DNA from: Octopus bimaculoides
Lineage: Eukaryota
Assembly: GCF_001194135.2 (NCBI RefSeq)
Contig: NC_068981.1
Span: 95,755,916-95,819,915 of the forward strand
Reading direction: 5' to 3'
DNA: 64,000 bases
The translations under genes and the position numbers were made by a program. Below, piece by piece: positions 23,713 to 37,215 of this stretch (positions within the stretch are counted from its first letter, which is position 1; every line of letters starts with the position of its first letter). The notes beneath the pieces are model-generated. The model was not told where the DNA came from and did no database searches. It saw only the letters and a list, made by a program, of their open reading frames with translations.

Positions 23713-25197
23713 GTGAAGAGCATCCTCACATTACAGAAGCATTGCATTGATGAAAATCTAGTAGTTATTAGAAATGTTGTAATGCAAAGTGTATTTTCTC
23801 ATCTCAATAATACTAAAACTCTAGAGATGTTTGTGTGCACCCAAAATATCTCAGAAATAATACATCTTATCTTAATTTCTTTTGCATATTTATTTTCATA
23901 CTTACCTTTGGCAGTGCAGTACAAATTTTTGTGATATTTGGATCTCTATTTAAACAATTAGACACAATTTTTGTTTGTTATTTCTTTGACAGAAAAAAAC
24001 ATGGCTTCCATGACATCAACACACATACAGAATACATGCACATATAATGAATGTCATGATGTGTCAATCAACACAAACCCATGTCTGCTGTCTATGACAT
24101 ATACACACACATAGTCTTTGTGCTCTCTAAGAAAAAAAAAAACGTCAACTTTTTGACGTACACAATATTTTAATAATTTAGAAATATTTTTAACTGAATG
24201 TGATTTCATCATCTGGAGTTTGTTAATTTCCATGAAAATTTTTATTTATTTATTTTTGTTTTAAAGTGAAAGATGTATGTACATGTATATGAAATGAACA
24301 TGTGTGTGTGAAAGAGAGAGAGAAAAAGAGAGAAAGAGAGAGAGTGAGTGAAGGGATGTGTTGTCATGTATGTGTACATACATCAATACATATGCTTACA
24401 TCTTTTTTGTATATACGTGTGCATGTGTATGTGAGAGAGAGAGTGAGTGGTTGAACGTGTGTGTTCTCATGTATGTGTAAGTGGCTCTCTCTCTCTCTCA
24501 CACGCACGTCCATTTCATATACATGTTCATACATTGAAAATATGATATTGCACTAAAATTCAAATTAATCCCATTATAGTGTTACTGTATTTTCCAGCAT
24601 ACAAGTCACATAGTCTATAGTGCAAATGTAGTGTAAGCATTCACATGTCATCACTATCTCTCCAAATCCTGTTACATTTCACACGGAATTTTTGATCTGA
24701 AAAATTTAACTTGTATGTTGGAAAATATTGTATGTATTATATGAGCTATTCATTAACCTATTCATGACTAGTTTTTTTTTAATGAAATACTTTACATATG
24801 AACTTAGAACATATCTTAAAAAGTATTTTTATGTAAAGTTATGAGTAACAATTTTAATTTAAATATGAACAACTTAAAATTGGAAGTTTATATCATAGTG
24901 TTAGAAATAGTTTCAGCTGGATTGAAAAATTTTGATTTAATTAACAAAAATTTTAAGACAAATACATTATTGTAGTAGAATCTGGTTTTGAAATCATAGA
25001 AAAGTGATGAAAGAGTGACCTGCAGTTGTTGAATCATATACTAAAACTACTAACAAATGCCTAAAACTGAAATACTGCTTCGAATGTGAATCATTATTTT
25101 TGCAAAGTTTGATAAAGTTGAAATATGTAGATGTTTGCACTGGAGAGAAATTTAGCGATATCACTATTTTACTATATTTTTATACTTGTCTTTAAAG

Positions 25198-25316
25198 GTT
25201 GATAAAGTTGTTCAGCTTTATGAAACTATGATGACTCGGCATACCACAATGGTTGTAGGCCCAACTGGTGGTGGAAAATCTGTTGTTATCAAAGCATTGG
25301 TTAATGCACAAACAAG
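25198..25316 (+). CDS. DNAH10: Dynein heavy chain exon 12, AAA2 Walker A (GPTGGGKS)
   Basis: AG/GT, phase 2 end. Confidence 0.94.
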
Positions 25317-25719
25317 GTTGGTTTATTCTATTATTTTGACAGAAATATTGGAGGGTAAAAGGGAAAAGGAGATGGTTGAGATTGGAGAGTGTTGATGTGG
25401 GAACTTTACCGTAGCTATTTTTTTCATTTAAAGAACAAATAATCAATTCATTAACTATAAGAAATAAACCAATGAGACAGTCGAAAAAGGTTACTGCTTG
25501 TGTGTGCAACATATGTGCATACACATCTATATCTTGAACCATTTTAATTTTCATGTTTTCTGATTCTAACAGAAAATTTGGAAATCATGTCTATTTTGGT
25601 GGTTGACATTGATGTGAAGATTAAGGAAGTTGTTTACATATCAATAAGTCTTTCATCTTTAGTTAATTTTACAATGTCATCCCATCAAGTTCTTCTTGGG
25701 AATTCATCTCATAATCATC

Positions 25720-26420
25720 AACATCATCATTATCATTTAACATTCACTCTCCATGGGTTGGATGGTTTGACGTGGAGCTGCCCAGACTCCAGCTCTCTGT
25801 TGTGGCATGGTTTCTATGACTGGACGCCCTTCTAAATGCCATCTACTTAGCAGAGTGTGCTGGGTGCTTTTTATGTGCATGGGTACATTTATGCAGCAAT
25901 GGCATGGGTACATTAATGCAGCACTGGTACAAATGCTTTTTAAGTGGCACTGGCACTTGAAAGGACAAACCTGTATGTGTGGAAGGCAGTGATTTTTCTC
26001 AGCTTCACTTGTCTTATAAAGTACAGCAAATTGCTACATCTCCTAGTCCCTTGTTATTTCTTCAGTGAGGCCCGGTGTCCAAAGATACTTTCTCACCACT
26101 TTGTTCCATGCCTTCATGGGTTTACCTCTTCCACAAGTACCCTCCACAATTAGAGCTTGGCCCTTCTTTATGCAGCTGTCCTTAGTCATATGAATCTCAT
26201 GACCAAACCAGCACAGTCTTCTCTCTTGCATACAACATCTGACATCTCTTATACTCTGTTTTCTTCTTGAATCATTTACACTTTGTTGCGCATGCACACT
26301 GACATTACCCATCAAGTGGAGCATGCTAGCTTAATTTCTTTTGAGCCTTTGCAAGTCCTCTATAGTCAAAGCCCATGTTTCACTGCCATGTAACATAGCT
26401 GTACATACACAGTTAATCAT
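25720..26420 (-). mobile_element. RTE LINE 3' fragment (C-terminal ORF end plus 3'UTR)
   Basis: ORF 26043-26324 ERRLCWFGH...GRGKP..W; (CAT)n tail. Confidence 0.75.
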
Positions 26421-27104
26421 ATTGAGTTAAGTGTTGTTGTATAGTTATAGAAAAGATCACCTTATGCAAAAGTGCAACAGAATTCTGAACAACACTCAGT
26501 TCTGCAGAATCATATTTTGTCCATTCTCCTGTGAGAGAAAAACTGAAATATCAGGCTATCCAGATATTGTTTCCTCCTTCCAAGAAGGGCAATGTTTACA
26601 AGTGTATTATGAATTGGTGTGCTCTACCTTTCAAACAAGTGGAGTTTCTTTGTTTTGTTATAAATAATATTTAACTAAAACAAGAGCAGAATTTGCTTGA
26701 AAAAAAAAAAGCATGTTTAACTGATGATTGTTGAGAGAAACATGTTTATGAGATTTGTTGTTAATAGCACTAATGGAGTACAGCCAGAAGTTGTATCTAT
26801 TAACATTTTCATGATATACTTTAATTAGTAGTCTCATTTTTTTTTATATATATATTTTTATTTTTTATATCATACATTTTGGGAATAACAGCAACATTTG
26901 TTAAAGGCTTCCAATAGTCTAATCATTGCTTCACTGCATTTTCAATTTCAAAAGTAATAAAGGGGTATCTACACAACACAGATTGAATAAATGCTAGACA
27001 TTTTTATTTGTTATACTGGTTAGCATTAATTTTCTTTTGCTAATGTGTATATCTTATACCAATATATGTAAAAAACACAAAAAAACTGGCACTATGCTCT
27101 TTAC

Positions 27105-27385
27105 AACAGCATGAGTTCCAGTTGATCTGATTAATAGAACAGCCTGCTCATGAAATTAATGTGCAAGTGACTGAGCATTCCCCTAACATGTGTACCCATA
27201 ATATAGTTCTCAGGTAAATTCAGATTGCCATGATACAGAATGTGGCAAGGCTGACCCTTTGAAATACAGGTACTACTCATTTTCGCCAGCCAAGTGGACT
27301 GGAGTAACATCAAATAATATGTTTTGCTCAAGGATGCAATGTGCCACCAGGAATGGAACTCACAACCTTACAGCTGTGAGCCAAA
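27105..27385 (-). mobile_element. SINE family C copy
   Basis: Reverse complement of 14215-14520. Confidence 0.7.
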
Positions 27386-27459
27386 CCCTAATATACATAC
27401 ACATCTGCAGGATTATATGCACACACACACAAACCTGTGTATATATGAATGTGAAAGCA

Positions 27460-27600
27460 CAGGCATGGCTGCATGGTTAAGAAGCTTGCTTCCCAACTAT
27501 ATGGTTTCAGGTTTAGTCCTACTGCGTGCCTCATGCCTTCTACTATAGCCTCAGGTCAACCAAGGCTTTGTAAGTGGATTTGCAAGCCAGAAGCTGAAAA
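27460..27600 (+). mobile_element. SINE family D head
   Basis: ACAGGCATGGCTG..GGTTAAGAAGCTTGCTTCCCAA. Confidence 0.7.
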
Positions 27601-27601
27601 T

Positions 27602-27635
<34 letters not shown>

Positions 27636-27845
27636 ATGCAGTGTCAAGACACACATGTACACATGCAGTAACCATCTAATTGAGACACATTGTTCTTTTC
27701 TCCCACCCCTTTTTTTTCTCTCCTCATCTTTTCTTTCTGCAGAGAGACATATGCTCAAAATGTAAAAGACTTTTCCTTTTTATTTTTCCAGAGTTTAAAC
27801 CTAATATACTGTTTATTTGTTCTTTTACTTGTGTGTGTGAGTGTT

Positions 27846-28205
27846 TATATATCATCATCATCATTATCCAGTGTTTTAAATCCAGGTTTTGTTCCTGTTA
27901 ATGGGGGTGGCCGGATCTATCCTCCCTTCTCAAGCTAACCCTCCCAATCTCTCCCCCTCCACATTTTCCTCGGTCTACCTCGCTTTCACGGTCCATTTAC
28001 CTCAAACTCAAGCACCCTCCTCAGAACATGCTCCTCATCCTTCCTCAATACATGCCTATACCACCACACTCCATTCACCCTTGCCAGCCATTCCATCGAT
28101 TCCTTCAACCCCAATATCTCCATCAAGTCCTCAATCCTCTTCTTATCAAACAGCTTCACACCACACATTTCTCTCACCATTGCTCTCTTGGTCCTTCTCA
28201 AAATT
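27846..28205 (-). mobile_element. 3' fragment of a second RTE-like LINE lineage with short 3'UTR
   Basis: LRRTKRAMVREMCGVKL...WYRHVLR...LEFEV.G..RGRPRK; (GAT)n tail. Confidence 0.75.
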
Positions 28206-28380
28206 GCCATCTCATATATATACACACACACGCATACACACAAACACACACACACATACATTTACATGTGTGTGTGTGTGTGTGCATCAAAATATCTCAT
28301 TATTATGAGGTTAAATCCTGTCAAAATTGACTTTAACTCTCTAGTTGATGAGTACCAGTAATATACTAAGGCTGATTTAA

Positions 28381-28604
28381 CCCTTTTGTTACCATATTTC
28401 CGTTAACATATGCTGCCTTGGTTTAAATTAATTTCCAAAATAATGAAGAATTTAGTAAAATAACTTTCTAATTATTAAGCTGAGGTCTGGAAAAAATTAG
28501 CATAAAATTTTGATGGAAGACTATATATAATTGAGACCACTTTAAAACAGTAAGTTTATGTCATAAAATTTGGGGTGATCTCATGCAGATTAGTATCAAA
28601 AGGG
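28381..28604. mobile_element. piggyBac-like MITE
   Basis: TTAA|CCCTTTTGTTAC ... GTATCAAAAGGG|TTAA (11/12 TIR). Confidence 0.8.
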
Positions 28605-28764
28605 TTAATTGACTAGAGCTTTTTGTCTGCAGCAACTTCACTTCAGAACAATGTGAAAAGAAATTAGTACTGGAAACTAAAAAATGGAATTAAATGTAAT
28701 TAAAGTTAATGAATGGTGATCATACTTGTTGTTGTTTAACACCTTTCTTCTTTAACGATTACAG

Positions 28765-29059
28765 ACTTGGCTTGCCTACAAAACTTTTTGTAATAAACCC
28801 CAAGGATCGCAGTGTTATTGATTTATATGGTATTTTGGACACCAGCACACGCGATTGGACCGATGGATTGCTGTCAAATATTTTCAGAGACATCAATAAA
28901 GTTTCAGAAAAAAAAGAACGAAAATACATTTTGTTTGATGGAGATGTTGATGCATTGTGGGTTGAAAATATGAACTCTGTAATGGATGACAACCGTTTGC
29001 TTACTCTGGCTAATGGAGAACGTATACGTCTACAGAAACAATGTGCACTCCTTTTTGAA
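28765..29059 (+). CDS. DNAH10: Dynein heavy chain exon 13 (DWTDGLLS...FDGDVDALWVENMNSVMDDNRLLTLANGERIRL)
   Basis: AG/GT; AAA2 core motifs. Confidence 0.97.
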
Positions 29060-29430
29060 GTATGTTCTAACACTTTGTATTATCATTGTGGTCATCAGTG
29101 GCATCAGCATCATTGTTGATGTCACCACCACCACCTCTACCATCATTATCATCATCATTCATTCATCTATTCATAAATTTTTCCATTCTGATATGGATTG
29201 AACAAATTTCAGTGTGTCTCATCATTCATCATGAACCTTTACATATGGTATACACTGCAACAGAAACTTCCCCCCACACACAACCAACACACTGATGTTG
29301 TGTATGACATATTATTTTTGACATGGTTTTTATGACTGGATGATCTTCTTATCACCAAATACTTTGCAGCATAGATTTAGTGCATTTCATCATGCTTTCA
29401 ACATTATAAAAGCTATCTGCAGTAGGACAT

Positions 29431-29560
29431 ACGTGCAGAGGAAGGCCGAATGGATGCACGTACGTTCGAATTCCGCTCGAACGGACGTACGTGCAGAGGG
29501 AGGCCGAACGGACGCACTTACGTTCGAATTCCGCTCAAACAGACGTACGTGCACGTACGT
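29431..29560. repeat. CpG-rich 58-bp tandem repeat x2 ending in an 18-bp perfect palindrome
   Basis: Units 29431-29488 and 29489-29546; ACGTACGTGCACGTACGT at 29543-29560. Confidence 0.85.
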
Positions 29561-30104
29561 TAATCCCATTTTTATAGCTGAATGGTCTTCCTATCCCCAA
29601 TTACTTTACTGTGTGAAATGGTTGAATTTTATTGTATAACCAACTGTAGACAGGTAGTCCCTGGTCTAACTAAAGAGTCCTGTCTATCCTCCAATGTTTC
29701 TGTGTATGTGTGTGTCGATACTGGTAAATCATTAGTTGTCTAATGCTTTGTATACAGGTACAAGTTCTTTTTCTTGTTTTTGTTTTGCCCTAGATCAGAT
29801 TTAATTGAACAGACCTGTGAACAAAAGCATTCCAGTCATGACCATATCCTCTTTTTTCAGGCAGACTTTATCTAGTATTACATTATGCAGTGTGTCCTTG
29901 AAATATGTATTTTTTAAAGTTGAGTGTAACTCAAGGGGTTGCTATTTTTAGCAAGTTGAACAGCCATGTTGAGGTTTCCTTGCTGGTTCATAATTATGTA
30001 GGCCCTAGTGGTAGTCATAGTCATGATGAACAATGTGGACATGACCAAAGTGTGATGGTTGTTTTACTTTAGTGCTTATTTCAGCGTGTGTACATACTAA
30101 CTCA

Positions 30105-30497
30105 AGTGGAGGCACAATGGCCCAGTGGTTAGGGCAGCGAACTCGCGGTCATAGGATTGCGGTTTCGATCCCCAGACTGGGCGTTGTAAGTGTTTATTGA
30201 GCGAAAACATCTAAAAGCTCCACGAGGCTCCGGCAGGGGATGGTGACGAACCCTGCTGTTCTCTTCCACCACAACTTTCTCTCATTCTTACTTCCTGTTT
30301 CTGTTGTACCTGTATTTCAAAGGGCCAGCCTTGTCATACTGTGTCACGCTGAATCTCTCCGAGAACTACATTAAGAGTACATGTGTCTGTGGAGTGCTCA
30401 GCCACTTGCGCGTTAATTTCACGAGCAGGCTGTTCCGTTGATTGGATCAACTGGAACTCTTGACGTCGTAAGCGACGGAGTGCCAACAACAACAACA
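30105..30497 (+). mobile_element. Young SINE family B copy with TSD
   Basis: Highly similar to the 19940 copy; TSD ACAT(A/G)CTAACTCA at 30092-30104 and 30498-30510. Confidence 0.88.
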
Positions 30498-30986
30498 ACA
30501 TGCTAACTCAGCAACTGGAATTAGGATATTAATGGTGCATATATTTGGGTGTGTAATTTTTTGTTGTGTTACTAAGGATTAGATGGATGAAACATTGTTT
30601 TTAAGCTGGTGAAATAATAGTTCTCTGGGATTGTTGTTGGTGTGTCTGGATATTTGGGAATAATTCAGTATGCAATAACAGGGATTGCGTAGATTGGATT
30701 TTGCAATGAAAACATTTATACCTCTCACATATCTAGATAGTCTTGTTTTGTGTATTTTCTGATTTATGAATGTAACCAGGCAGTGTGCAATTTATATATT
30801 TTTTTTAGTCTATTGTATGCTATAAGAAATTGAGAACCAAAGCAGGACTGGTATTATCCAAACAATACATTACATCCCTCTGTAATGAATGTAATTTAAC
30901 TAGTTCGTTCTTTTTTTCTTTTAGTGTCTGCTATATGTGCTGAAAACATTGTGGAAGGGTTATTAGTAATTTTTTAAATCCTCTGT

Positions 30987-32592
30987 CATCATCATCATCA
31001 TCATCATCGTTTAACGTCCGCTTTCCATGCTAGCATGGGTTGGACGATTTGACTGAGGACTGGTGAAACCGGATGGCAACACCAGGCTCCAGTCTGATTT
31101 GGCAGAGTTTCTACAGCTGGATGCCCTTCCTAACGCCAACCACTCAGAGAGTGTAGTGGGTGCTTTTACGTGTCACCCACACGAAAACGGCCACGCTCGA
31201 AATGGTGTCTTTTATGTGCCANNNNNNNNNNNNNNNNNNNNNNNNNNNNNNNNNNNNNNNNNNNNNNNNNNNNNNNNNNNNNNNNNNNNNNNNNNNNNNN
31301 NNNNNNNNNNNNNNNNNNNNNNNNNNNNNNNNNNNNNNNNNNNNNNNNNNNNNNNNNNNNNNNNNNNNNNNNNNNNNNNNNNNNNNNNNNNNNNNNNNNN
31401 NNNNNNNNNNNNNNNNNNNNNNNNNNNNNNNNNNNNNNNNNNNNNNNNNNNNNNNNNNNNNNNNNNNNNNNNNNNNNNNNNNNNNNNNNNNNNNNNNNNN
31501 NNNNNNNNNNNNNNNNNNNNNNNNNNNNNNNNNNNNNNNNNNNNNNNNNNNNNNNNNNNNNNNNNNNNNNNNNNNNNNNNNNNNNNNNNNNNNNNNNNNN
31601 NNNNNNNNNNNNNNNNNNNNNNNNNNNNNNNNNNNNNNNNNNNNNNNNNNNNNNNNNNNNNNNNNNNNNNNNNNNNNNNNNNNNNNNNNNNNNNNNNNNN
31701 NNNNNNNNNNNNNNNNNNNNNNNNNNNNNNNNNNNNNNNNNNNNNNNNNNNNNNNNNNNNNNNNNNNNNNNNNNNNNNNNNNNNNNNNNNNNNNNNNNNN
31801 NNNNNNNNNNNNNNNNNNNNNNNNNNNNNNNNNNNNNNNNNNNNNNNNNNNNNNNNNNNNNNNNNNNNNNNNNNNNNNNNNNNNNNNNNNNNNNNNNNNN
31901 NNNNNNNNNNNNNNNNNNNNNNNNNNNNNNNNNNNNNNNNNNNNNNNNNNNNNNNNNNNNNNNNNNNNNNNNNNNNNNNNNNNNNNNNNNNNNNNNNNNN
32001 NNNNNNNNNNNNNNNNNNNNNNNNNNNNNNNNNNNNNNNNNNNNNNNNNNNNNNNNNNNNNNNNNNNNNNNNNNNNNNNNNNNNNNNNNNNNNNNNNNNN
32101 NNNNNNNNNNNNNNNNNNNNNNNNNNNNNNNNNNNNNNNNNNNNNNNNNNNNNNNNNNNNNNNNNNNNNNNNNNNNNNNNNNNNNNNNNNNNNNNNNATG
32201 TTGCTGCACCTCTTATGTGTCCATAGCTTGCACCGGGTACATCTTATAGAGTTACTACCTACTCCTTTTCTACATACTGAGCAGGGCCATCTACCTGAAG
32301 GGGTTTGTGTTTTATCTACCTTCCTACTTATTAGGATTTTGGTTTTAGCTAGGTTGACTCTAAGGCCCTTCAATTCTAGACCTTGCTTCCACACCTGAAA
32401 CTTCTCCTCTAGTTCTGATAGTGACTCCGCAATTAGGGCAAGGTCATCAGCATAGAGGAGCTCCCAGGGGCAACCTGTCTTGAACTCCTCTGTGATTGCC
32501 TGGAGGACTATGGTAAATAATAGGGGGCTGAGGACGGAACCTTGGTGGACCCCTACCTCTACCCGGAATTCATTGCTGTACTCATCGTGACA
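30987..32592 (-). mobile_element. 5'-truncated RTE LINE spanning an assembly gap
   Basis: Tail at 30987; YADD and WPCSVCRKG motifs at 32198-32590. Confidence 0.85.
31222..32197. other. Assembly gap (other gaps: 493-526, 44109-44414, 58056-58335, 62298-62803)
   Basis: N runs. Confidence 1.
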
Positions 32593-32734
32593 TAGTAATG
32601 CTGTGTGTGATGTTTGGTTGTGTTTTATATACTTTGTTGTTGCTGATAAAGTCCATTGGAATAATTGAAAGCAGTTACTGAATTTAATAGCTCTAAGCTT
32701 TAACTACTTTAGATATGTAACTACAGTCAGAGAG

Positions 32735-32950
32735 TGATTGCTTGGTAGAATTGGTTGAGTCATGAACCAAATGCTTTGCAGTATTTAGTTGTATATCTTC
32801 ACACCCTGAATTCAAATTCTATTTTGGCTGACTTTGCTTTTCCTCCTTCCGAGGTTTAATAGAACAAGTACCAGTCAAGTACTGGGTTAACTGGATCAAC
32901 TGCTCCCAGCACATAATTTTTGTCCTTGTACCTAAGTTAGAAATCAATAT
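32735..32950 (+). mobile_element. Old SINE family A copy
   Basis: Degenerate core. Confidence 0.6.
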
Positions 32951-33277
32951 GTATTTGTAGCAAAGTATTCTTTATTTCATTATAGGGACACAAACCATTG
33001 ATACCTTCATCAACTTCACCTGCTAAAGCATCTGCTATTTAAAAAATTGTGTGTGTGTGGTGTGTGTGGTGTGTGTATGATATATGTATGTATAAATGTA
33101 CCTTGTTTTGTCAATGCAGAGAAACAGTGATACGAGTGATACTTAAATTATAGGATACAATGTGCAATGTGTTGATGTGATTTGAAAGATTATGAAGATC
33201 TTATCTCTATATGTTGAACTACTAATATTTACTTGTGCTATATACCCTTTCTATTTCTGATTTCCCTGTTATTATAG

Positions 33278-33535
33278 GTATTTGACTTACAGTATGCTTC
33301 CCCAGCCACTGTTTCTCGCTGTGGAATGGTTTATGTTGACCCGAAAAACTTAGGCTATCAACCCTTTTGGGATAGATGGCTGAATGCTCAGACCAATAAG
33401 TTCATGAGAGATGAGTTCAGGCAGCTTTATGGAAAATATGTTGGTACTTGTATTGAGCTAGTCATTGAAGGACTATCAAGTGGAAAACCTGTGGAAAAAC
33501 TGAAAACTATCCTTCCTCAGACAAATCTTAATATG
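33278..33535 (+). CDS. DNAH10: Dynein heavy chain exon 14 ([22 protein letters not shown]...QTNLNM)
   Basis: AG/GT, 86 codons, phase 0-0; [10 protein letters not shown] motif. Confidence 0.95.
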
Positions 33536-34109
33536 GTAAAATTTCTTTTTCTTTTTCTGTTTACATAGCTTATCTTTGTGTTCCACTGTCAGCAGTGAGC
33601 CAGACTAGTTAGGTCATATCTTGTTTGATTTTCCATTATCCTACCAAAATTGACTACTGCCTTCTAGTAGCAGTAATATACTGTAGATTCAATATCCCTT
33701 TTCCAGTGAAATTCTCCTCATACCTACTTGTAAGAAACCACTATATTTTAAATGGTTTATGAATTAGTGAATTAGGCCAGATACTTAAAAAGTGTCTTAA
33801 GTTTGGTGCTTCAAAGTTTTGAATTTAAATCTGTAAAAGATATAAAATTAAATCTTGTAGAATTGTGTTGTATCCTTAAGCTAGCTATTCTACTTGCTTC
33901 AATTTATCTATCTAGTTGAAAATCAATAGCTATTTTTCATTGTATTAATTGCTGTTAAGAAGAGTTGAGCTTTTGTATGAAATTTAAGTAAATCACTTCA
34001 ACTTTTTAGTTACTAAACAAAAGATTGGTATTTTATGGATGGATAGTGATGGATATTAAGTATTGTCTTATTTAATGAAAATGGGTTGAACTTGAATGCA
34101 GGATGAGAA

Positions 34110-34535
34110 ATGTACTGTGCGTGAGAAGACCCGGCAAGCCAAGTAAGATCGTTGCCAGTGCCCCTGGACTGGTTCTTGTGCGGGTGGCACATGAGATGCA
34201 CCATTTTGAGCGTGGCCGTTGCCAGTACCGCCTGACTGGCTCCCATAGGATTTTCGAGCGAGATCGTTGCCAGTGCCCCTGGACTGGCTAGTGCGGGTGG
34301 CACATAAAAGACACCATTTCGAGCGTGGCCGTTTTCGTGCGGGTGACACGTAAAAGCACCCACTACACTCTCTGAGTGGTTGGCGTTAGGAAGGGCATCC
34401 AGCTGTAGAAACTCTGCCAAATTAGACTGGAGCCTGGTGTTGCCATCCAGTTTCACCAGTCCTCAGTCAAATTGTCCAACCCATGCTAGCATGGAAAGCG
34501 GACGTTAAACGATGATGATGATGATGATGATGATG
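34110..34535 (+). mobile_element. Young RTE LINE 3'UTR fragment with (GAT)n tail
   Basis: About 98% reverse-complement identity to 30987-31221. Confidence 0.9.
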
Positions 34536-35289
34536 AAGAGTACCAATTTGTAACTGTTTGTTTTCAAAATTGATGTAAATGTAGTGTTCATATTCCAATG
34601 ATAGACAGCAAAATATTCTTTAATATCATTTTGTTACAATCCATTCGATCTAAATACATTCTATTGCTGATCATAATGAACTTAAACTTTTGTATTTATT
34701 AAGAACCCCCCCCCCCCATTTAAGCAATTTTTATTACATCTATTTACATTCTGTTGGTAAAAGTCCTTTCTCTACATTAATAATGGTCAGTTTATTGTAG
34801 GATTTGATCTTAGAATGGCACTAAAATGTATCGTTCAGTTTTCCTGAAATTGACTCCTCATTTGCAGCAAAGCAAATTTTACGTAAAAACCCAAAGTATT
34901 TTATTGAAAACTTCAGTGTAGTGACCAATTAATCTTAGATCTGAACTTTGAACCACTGTAATTCATTTGTTGTGAGGCAATCAATACATCTTCCTTGAGT
35001 GTTAAGTTCAAAGCAATTATTACATAAAACCTGGAATATGAAAGTTTTAATTATGAAAGATTTGAATGTAACACTTCATTTGCTGCTATGAGTTATACTT
35101 CCTGATAATATATTCTGATAGCTCAATGTAGCAACCACAGAGGAAGTAAATATCTTTGCTTTAATGCCAATGATGTCATATCAACTGTTACATGTTTGAT
35201 CAGTTACAAAATATAGAAAACATCCACCTAAGGCAGTGCACCATGTTATCATAAGTATTCTTTTGTTTTTTTCTTCTTTTTCTTCTTTT

Positions 35290-35700
35290 ACTTATTCAGT
35301 CATTTGACTGTGGCCATACTGGAGCACCACCTTAAAGGGTTTTTTAGTTGAAGAAATTGACCCCAAGACTTATTCTTTGTAAGCCTAGTACTTAATCTAT
35401 CAGTCTCTTTTGCTGAACCACTAGTTTGCAGGGATGTACACACACCAACATCAGTTGTCAAGTGTGATAGTGGCTGGACAAACACAGACACAAAGACACA
35501 TACACATAAATATATATATATATATATATATTTGATAGACTTCTCTCAGTTTACATCTACCAAATCCACTCACAAGGCTTTGGTTGGCCTGAGGTTATAG
35601 TAGAAGACACTTACCCCTCCCCCCCAAGATACCATGCAGTGGGACTGAACCTGGAACCATGTGGTTGGGAAGCAAATTTCTTACCACACCGCCACACCTT
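35290..35700 (-). mobile_element. Composite SINE family D, alternative tail
   Basis: Colinear with 18835-19275. Confidence 0.72.
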
Positions 35701-35761
35701 CAAAAAATTATGACTTCAAAAAATCATTGAGTTGCTGACTTTATGACTTATCTTTTTATAG

Positions 35762-35963
35762 GTCAAACAATTAACAAAAATGCTTGATGCTCTCACAACT
35801 GAGGAAATACTTAATACTGATGTTTTGGAAGCTCAATTTTTGTTAGCATTGTATTGGTCAATTGGTGCTTGCATTGTTGATGATCACAGATCAAGGTTTG
35901 ATGATTTTGTAAAAGGTGTTGCTTCTTTACCATGTTCTTCATCAGGTGATTTGGCATCAGCAG
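35762..35963 (+). CDS. DNAH10: Dynein heavy chain exon 15 (VKQLTKMLDAL...DLASA)
   Basis: AG/GTAAG, phase 1 end fits exon 16. Confidence 0.9.
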
Positions 35964-36441
35964 GTAAGAGGATTTTAAAAAAATATTTTGTAATTTCAGG
36001 AAGAGATAAGAACTGCATTAGCTGTGAAAATGGGAAAACTGCATAAGGATGTTAGATTTGATATTAGTTTAATGTTTGCTAAGTAGTAGTTGCAGAAACA
36101 AATAGACAAGGAAATAGTTTCAGGGATATGCAGTTCTGGGAAAGAATAATTTGTTAATATTAAGCATAGGGTTTTAGAGAGAAATTCAGAAAGATAGCCA
36201 TTCCCAACCCATTCAATAATTATGAATAGCATTCAGCAAGTAATTTAAATGGTAAGGAACCATTGAAGAAGCTGTAGTAGAAGTAAAATAATGGCATGTT
36301 TTAATTGGTAACTATTTATTGAATCTAGGTCTTTATGTGTCACAATACTACTAGTAAAAATATTTCTTAATCATGCACATACCTTCTTTTGATAATAGAC
36401 TGTTATATAGTGAAAGTTTTGTTTGTACTATGATGATAACA

Positions 36442-36442
<1 letters not shown>

Positions 36443-36510
<68 letters not shown>

Positions 36511-36520
36511 GCTATCTATC
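36443..36520. repeat. (TATC)n microsatellite
   Basis: Read directly. Confidence 0.95.
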
Positions 36521-37215
36521 TTTCATACACACACATTTTCTCTTTCTCTCTCTCTTAACATTAACAACAACAACAATGGCAACTTGTCTTTATAGTGAAA
36601 ATCTTTTCTTAAAGTATGTGTTGCATTGTTTCTATGTTGAAAGTCATATAGAAACACACAGTTGCACACACACAAATGACTGAAAGATTAACTAGCTATA
36701 GTGTTACATAGTGCAAGTCATTTTCTCTTTTTTGAAGCTGTGTTGCCACACATTGCATTGTCTCTATGTTAAAAGACATACAGAAACACACAGACACACA
36801 CACAAACAATAAAAAAAAGAACAACTACCTACATTGTTATATAATGAAAGTCTTTTTTTTGAAACTGTATTATGTTGTGCTGACAGACTTGCATTTAAAA
36901 TTCCCGTGTTTTTAATCAAAGCTTATTAGTTACTATGGTGACAACACTACCTATCTATCTATCTTTCACACAAACACACACACAGTATTTCTTTCTCAAC
37001 AAAAACATTTTCTCCCCTTCTTTCCCTCCCTCTAATAGATGTTGTGACAGACAGACAGATAAAAATCTACTTCTCTTTCATAATATAAGATGTTCAGGAA
37101 TGTAAAGAGAGATGAAGAATTCTTTGTCAGTAAATTCTGACTATATTTTTGAGCTCTTCAAATTTCACTTTTCTGAACAATGACTTGTCTAAAATGTCAC
37201 TGTTAATCTTTGCAG

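Noticed and set aside
28759-29073. Antisense 104-aa ORF (also 1493-1822, 4485-4703, 11212-11412, 50882-51148)
   Set aside because: Shadow frames of real exons or transposon ORFs.
31064-31090. CTGAGGA-CTGGT-GAAACC in the RTE tail
   Set aside because: Antisense to the LINE, stem II cannot form, no U16.1; variable among copies.
31063-32398. Long ORFs of 350-416 aa (also 43999-44498, 58020-58540, 62134-63073)
   Set aside because: Artefacts of reading through N gaps.
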